Source: Octopus bimaculoides | Taxonomy: Eukaryota | Assembly: GCF_001194135.2 (NCBI RefSeq) | Contig: NC_068990.1 | Coordinates: 83,365,879 to 83,399,576 of the forward strand | Reading direction: 5' to 3' | Length of the DNA stretch: 33,698 nucleotides | In this document: in pieces, positions 33,528 through 33,698 of the stretch | Layout: the number at the start of each line of letters is the position of its first letter | Position numbering within the stretch: position 1 is the first letter of the stretch | Program-made: the position numbers and the translations under genes | Notes under the pieces: model-generated | Told to the model about the DNA's origin: nothing | The model's input: the letters and a program-made list of their open reading frames with translations, nothing else | Databases searched by the model: none

Positions 33528-33698
33528 GACGGGCTTCTTTCAGTTTCCGTCTACCAAATCCACTCACAAGGCTTTGGTCGGCCCGAGGCTATAGTAGAAA
33601 ACACTTGTCCAAGGTGCCATGCAGTGGGATTGAATCTGGAACCATGTGGTCGGGAAGCAAACTTCCTGCCACGCCTGTGCCTACACATAGCCACGCCT
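33526..33698 (-). mobile_element. SINE family B, 5' half, head rearranged, may run past the window end
   Basis: ACGACGGGCTTCTTTCAGTTTCCGTCTACCAAATCCACTCACAAGGC... GCCACGCCT occurs twice near the head. Confidence 0.9.

Overview
AT-rich, microsatellite-saturated animal genomic DNA from a gapped draft assembly (nine N-runs). The SINE repertoire resembles octopus/coleoid cephalopod repeats; this is an inference from recognised motifs, not a database hit. No protein-coding gene can be supported. The supplied ORFs are almost all microsatellite, N-gap or repeat read-throughs. The window holds about 30 tRNA-headed SINE copies or fragments in four working families, labelled A, B, E and F here. Four of them keep 10-16 bp target-site duplications, and several are head/body/tail chimeras. 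Also present: a 728-bp TA-flanked foldback element, a mariner-derived MITE in two copies, fossil LINE fragments (a Tx1/L1-like ORF2 C-terminus and RTE-like RT motifs), and a 5'-truncated tRNA-Ala(UGC) pseudogene. Weaker signals are a candidate promoter cluster and a few candidate exons. The most system-like signal is module exchange among the SINE families (shared core, shared 3' stem-loop, swapped heads). Modular SINEs are a known concept, so novelty is unproven. I found no convincing new protein-based system.
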